Shown: one piece after another, positions 5,155-7,566 of the stretch
Layout: every line of letters starts with the position of its first letter
How positions within the stretch are numbered: position 1 is the first letter of the stretch
Origin: Candidatus Pacearchaeota archaeon
Lineage (GTDB): Archaea; Nanobdellota; Nanobdellia; Pacearchaeales; GW2011-AR1
Reading direction: 5' to 3'
DNA length: 7,566 nucleotides
Assembly: GCA_016186375.1 (NCBI GenBank)
Contig: JACPLS010000047.1
Span: 1-7,566 of the forward strand
Notes under the pieces: generated by a model
Databases searched by the model: none
What the model saw: only the letters and a program-made list of their open reading frames with translations
Told to the model about the DNA's origin: nothing
Translations under genes and position numbers: made by a program

Positions 5155-6015
5155 ATGGGTGTGCAAAAAACTCGTGTAGTTTCGATAATTATATCTGTCG
5201 GAATTGTCTTATTTTTAATCATGCTTGGTCCTGTTCAAGCATTTCTATTAAATATTTCTGCTATTAATCCTATAGCATTTATCGGTGACAAAATTTTCTT
5301 TAATGTTACAGCATCAACAGGGAGTGATGAAACACAAAATATAAATTTTTTAATGTTAAATATTACTGGGCCAAAAAACCTCTCTTGTTCTTTTCTTCCT
5401 AATGGCACTCTAGTTACAGCTTGTCCACTTTTAGATATTGAACTTTTAGAAAACTTGTCTATCAATTTCGGGTATGGCTATGGATATGCAGGTCCAAATA
5501 GCTTATTGAAATTTAAGATCAAACTTACCACAAATTTATTCTCAGAAGGAAATTATACATCTAAATTATTTGCAAAAACCGATACAAACTTTTTTGAAAG
5601 CACTCATACATCATTCAAACTTTTAAGAAGGTCATCAGGAAATGAAATAAGTAAAATCGGAGGTTGTTCTATACGTGCGAAAGAGGGTTCCTCAATATTT
5701 AATAATTCGAATCTTGATTCTAACAACAGACTTAATGTCTTTATACCAAGTAAAGGAGCAAAAAATGGTAAGGGATTCTTTACTTCCCAAGAAGGAAGAA
5801 ACAGAATATCATATTCATTTGATGTATTGAACGCAACAAGAGTAGGCAATACTCTGATTTCTCTTGAAACATCCGGAACTTTGCGCTTCAGTCAAAGAGG
5901 AATTATTGCAGAAAATGCAACTATTAAATATTTCACTCAAAAAGAACTTGTTGAGATTAAAGGAAAAACTTTTAGTGCTAAGAATCTAGTAGTTTCTTTT
6001 GCTATCTGCAATTAA
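5155..6015 (+). CDS. Secreted or surface protein with an N-terminal signal/anchor and dense N-glycosylation sequons (no family recognised)
   Basis: 286 aa. The N-terminus MGVQKTRVVSIIISVGIVLFLIMLGPVQA looks like a signal peptide or anchor. Ten N-x-S/T sequons: NIS, NVT, NIT, NLS, NGT, NLS, NYT, NNS, NAT, NAT. Four Cys. GYGYGY motif. TAA stop. Confidence 0.75.
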   Translation: MGVQKTRVVSIIISVGIVLFLIMLGPVQAFLLNISAINPIAFIGDKIFFNVTASTGSDETQNINFLMLNITGPKNLSCSFLPNGTLVTACPLLDIELLENLSINFGYGYGYAGPNSLLKFKIKLTTNLFSEGNYTSKLFAKTDTNFFESTHTSFKLLRRSSGNEISKIGGCSIRAKEGSSIFNNSNLDSNNRLNVFIPSKGAKNGKGFFTSQEGRNRISYSFDVLNATRVGNTLISLETSGTLRFSQRGIIAENATIKYFTQKELVEIKGKTFSAKNLVVSFAICN

Positions 6016-6024
6016 AAAAATTTT
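6014..6024. terminator. A7T4 tract between convergent genes: possible bidirectional oligo-T terminator
   Basis: AAAAAAATTTT fills most of the 17-nt gap between the stop of 5155..6015 (+) and the stop of 6033..6284 (-). It reads as T4 on the + strand and T7 on the - strand. Confidence 0.4.
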
Positions 6025-6032
6025 GAATATGA

Positions 6033-6284
6033 TTACTTTATATTATATAGATCAGGTATCTGTCTCCACAATATCATAAGAAGAAAAATTATTCCTAAAA
6101 GCGAAAAAACAAAAAGTAACATTGTATTTTTTATAGTAACATATACAAGGTCAAATAATGAATTAGAAAATATTCTTCCAAAAAATCCGAATATAATGCC
6201 AATTAATATTCCAATATAAAAATTACCTTTTTTCACCCATTTTCCTGCAATAACTATCATATATTTTATTTCCCTAGAAAACAT
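6033..6284 (-). CDS. Small integral membrane protein (two predicted TM helices)
   Basis: 83-aa ORF with hydrophobic segments FYIGILIGIIFGFFGRIF and MLLFVFSLLGIIFLLMILW. The start is ambiguous between ATG 6284 and the internal ATG at 6260, which would be 75 aa. The latter sits about 30 nt from the TATA-like GATATAAAT. Confidence 0.6.
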   Translation of the reverse strand: MFSREIKYMIVIAGKWVKKGNFYIGILIGIIFGFFGRIFSNSLFDLVYVTIKNTMLLFVFSLLGIIFLLMILWRQIPDLYNIK

Positions 6285-6370
6285 ACATTTATATCTTTTA
6301 AAAGAAAATTATACTGCATTACACATTTTTAGTTAAAGAGTTAGGGTAGTAACAATCTCGTTTATCATTT

Positions 6371-6393
6371 TTTCACTCAAAAGAAAAGTGAAA
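6371..6393. promoter_or_regulatory. 7-bp inverted repeat (TTTCACT-n9-AGTGAAA) just upstream of the promoter of CDS 6437..7018
   Basis: Read directly. The arms at 6371-6377 and 6387-6393 are exact reverse complements. The repeat ends 9 nt before the BRE/TATA element. Confidence 0.25.
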
Positions 6394-6401
6394 GGTCTTT
6401 C

Positions 6402-6417
6402 ACAAAGTTTAAATATT
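6402..6417 (+). promoter_or_regulatory. BRE/TATA promoter for CDS 6437..7018
   Basis: ACAAAGTTTAAATATT is centred about 26 nt upstream of ATG 6437. No Shine-Dalgarno. Confidence 0.55.
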
Positions 6418-6436
6418 ACATTTTTCAGAAAAGTTA

Positions 6437-7018
6437 ATGATAAAAAATATAAATCATGATCATCATAAAAATATTCCTGCAGAAAAAAAAGAGTCTATAC
6501 AAATATCTAAGAAAACTTTATTGTATGGTTTACTAATTCTAATTATCGCCGCTTTTTTTCTCTTCTATAGCTTAAAATATCTCCCTGAGAAAAATAAAGT
6601 ATCAGATATCAATTTATACAAAAAAGCACTATATGATAGCATACTTTGTCAATTTAGCTGCCCCTTACTACCTTCAAAGTCTCAGAATACAACTGTCTTT
6701 CTGCCAGATCAAATTTGCCAAAAGATATGTATTGCTGAATTAAAAGCTATGAACCTTAATACAACAAAATATTCCCAACAAGATTTAATCTCAGACAATC
6801 TTGCCTCCGATATAAATAATATTATTTTAGATTGCAAAAACCTCTATTCCATTAAGCAACCAATAGTAAATGGAACAAGTTCAAATAATACTTCTCAAAC
6901 AATTCCCATAAATACTACAGCATATTTCCCATGTGTTAAACTAGGATTAATTGGACTTCAAGATAATTATCCATATATAATAGATATAGAAAAAGAAAAT
7001 AATACAATGTCAACCTAG
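6437..7018 (+). CDS. Type-II (N-in) single-pass membrane protein with a Cys-containing, sequon-rich ectodomain (no family recognised)
   Basis: 193 aa. A basic, His-rich N-terminal tail is followed by a TM helix (LLYGLLILIIAAFFLFYSL). The ectodomain has 6 Cys, including CQFSC-x18-CQKIC, and about 7 N-x-S/T sequons. TAG stop. Confidence 0.75.
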   Translation: MIKNINHDHHKNIPAEKKESIQISKKTLLYGLLILIIAAFFLFYSLKYLPEKNKVSDINLYKKALYDSILCQFSCPLLPSKSQNTTVFLPDQICQKICIAELKAMNLNTTKYSQQDLISDNLASDINNIILDCKNLYSIKQPIVNGTSSNNTSQTIPINTTAYFPCVKLGLIGLQDNYPYIIDIEKENNTMST

Positions 7019-7042
7019 ACATTTTTAAAGCAATAATCTATA

Positions 7043-7067
7043 GGGGGTTTTGAAAAACCCTCTTTTT
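7043..7067 (+). terminator. Stem-loop followed by T5 (intrinsic-terminator-like)
   Basis: In GGGGGTTTTGAAAAACCCTC, GGGTTT pairs with AAACCC around a TGAA loop, plus a G-U and a G-C closing pair. TTTTT follows immediately. It starts 25 nt after the stop of 6437..7018. Confidence 0.5.
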
Positions 7068-7236
7068 AAGTAAATATTCACATAGTAAAATATCTCAAAA
7101 AATGCATCTTCTAACCAGAATACCGAAGATAAATTAATATTATGAATAAATAAGATTAAAGCTGTAATAATTTGGTTATTGTCAGAATAGGGGTAATTCA
7201 ATGTAGTCTATAAATTATATAATATCTATTTTATAT

Positions 7237-7566
7237 TTAATTATCACTTCCATAAAGCCAGTTTTCCTCATTTGATAAATATTCTTTTAATTCATTCGAT
7301 TCAGTTATTGTTCTCTGTGCACCATTCCAAAATGCCCTTATTCTGATAAATGCCCCTTCTCTTCTTCCTCCACTTTTTCTTATACAATATTTAGAAAAAG
7401 GGAAACTTTCTTCTTGTTCTTTCAAAAATAAAATAACTTCTTTTTCAGGAATTCCCAGTAAAGAATAAACATATTCCCTTTCACCTAAAAATTCTTCATC
7501 ACCAATAATCTTAAAGTGTTCTTGAACTTTATTTGCTAAATTCTTATCTACAGTCCAAAAATCAAC
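7237..7566 (-). CDS. Hypothetical protein, 5' end beyond the window edge
   Basis: The frame of ORF 7237..7425 stays open to nt 7566 (VDFWTVDKNLANKVQEHFKIIGDEEFLGEREYVYSLLGIPEKEVILF-LKEQEE...). The track's start is therefore an internal TTG. The protein is soluble and charged, with no family recognised. TAA stop. Confidence 0.7.
   Translation of the reverse strand, partial: VDFWTVDKNLANKVQEHFKIIGDEEFLGEREYVYSLLGIPEKEVILFLKEQEESFPFSKYCIRKSGGRREGAFIRIRAFWNGAQRTITESNELKEYLSNEENWLYGSDN

Noticed and set aside
5155-5245. Class III (type IV pilin-like) signal peptide on CDS 5155..6015
   Set aside because: There is no K/R-G followed by a small residue at the cleavage site directly before the hydrophobic stretch. 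The h-region followed by VQA looks like an ordinary Sec-type signal.
5235-5849. Two antisense ORFs (5235..5465 and 5604..5849) inside CDS 5155..6015
   Set aside because: Both are nested in the longer ORF that has a signal peptide and promoter. No upstream TATA motif. AT-rich sequence commonly yields such open antisense frames.
7068-7236. Possible tRNA or ncRNA in the convergent intergenic region
   Set aside because: The region is too AT-rich for cloverleaf stems. I found no acceptor/T-arm complementarity and only an 11-aa ORF.
1-7566. CRISPR arrays, IS elements/transposases, integrases, prophage genes, rRNA/tRNA
   Set aside because: There are no regularly spaced direct repeats. No ORF has DDE/HUH/tyrosine-recombinase-like motifs that I can recognise, and no structured GC-rich RNA-like segments appear.

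Overview
AT-rich (about 30% GC by eye), gene-dense window with 11 credible protein-coding genes; both window edges cut a gene. I see no rRNA, tRNA, CRISPR array, transposase or integrase. Most genes are preceded by an archaeal-style BRE/TATA element (roughly AAAnnTTTAAATA). For five genes it sits 25-28 nt upstream of the ATG with no Shine-Dalgarno, implying leaderless mRNAs. Several gene ends carry oligo-T tracts. Together with a VapB/RHH-type small protein, an archaeal-type endonuclease-IV-like TIM barrel and a C-terminally anchored multi-beta-sandwich surface protein, this suggests an AT-rich, probably small-genome (DPANN-like) archaeon. That assignment is inference only. Contents in order: a 5'-truncated bacterial-type outer-membrane beta-barrel gene; a two-domain hypothetical; a decayed or N-terminally truncated endonuclease-IV-like gene; an orphan RHH/VapB-like gene bracketed by a repeated motif and divergent from a surface-protein gene; a 345-bp non-coding spacer; a hemerythrin-like gene; an orphan cytoplasmic protein; three membrane/secreted proteins dense in N-glycosylation sequons; and a 5'-truncated hypothetical. 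I cannot recognise a defined multi-gene system such as defence, secretion or biosynthesis. The best leads are the beta-barrel in an archaeal context, the RHH cassette with palindromic operator-like sites, and the orphan surface/glycoprotein block. All family assignments come from motif reading, not searches.
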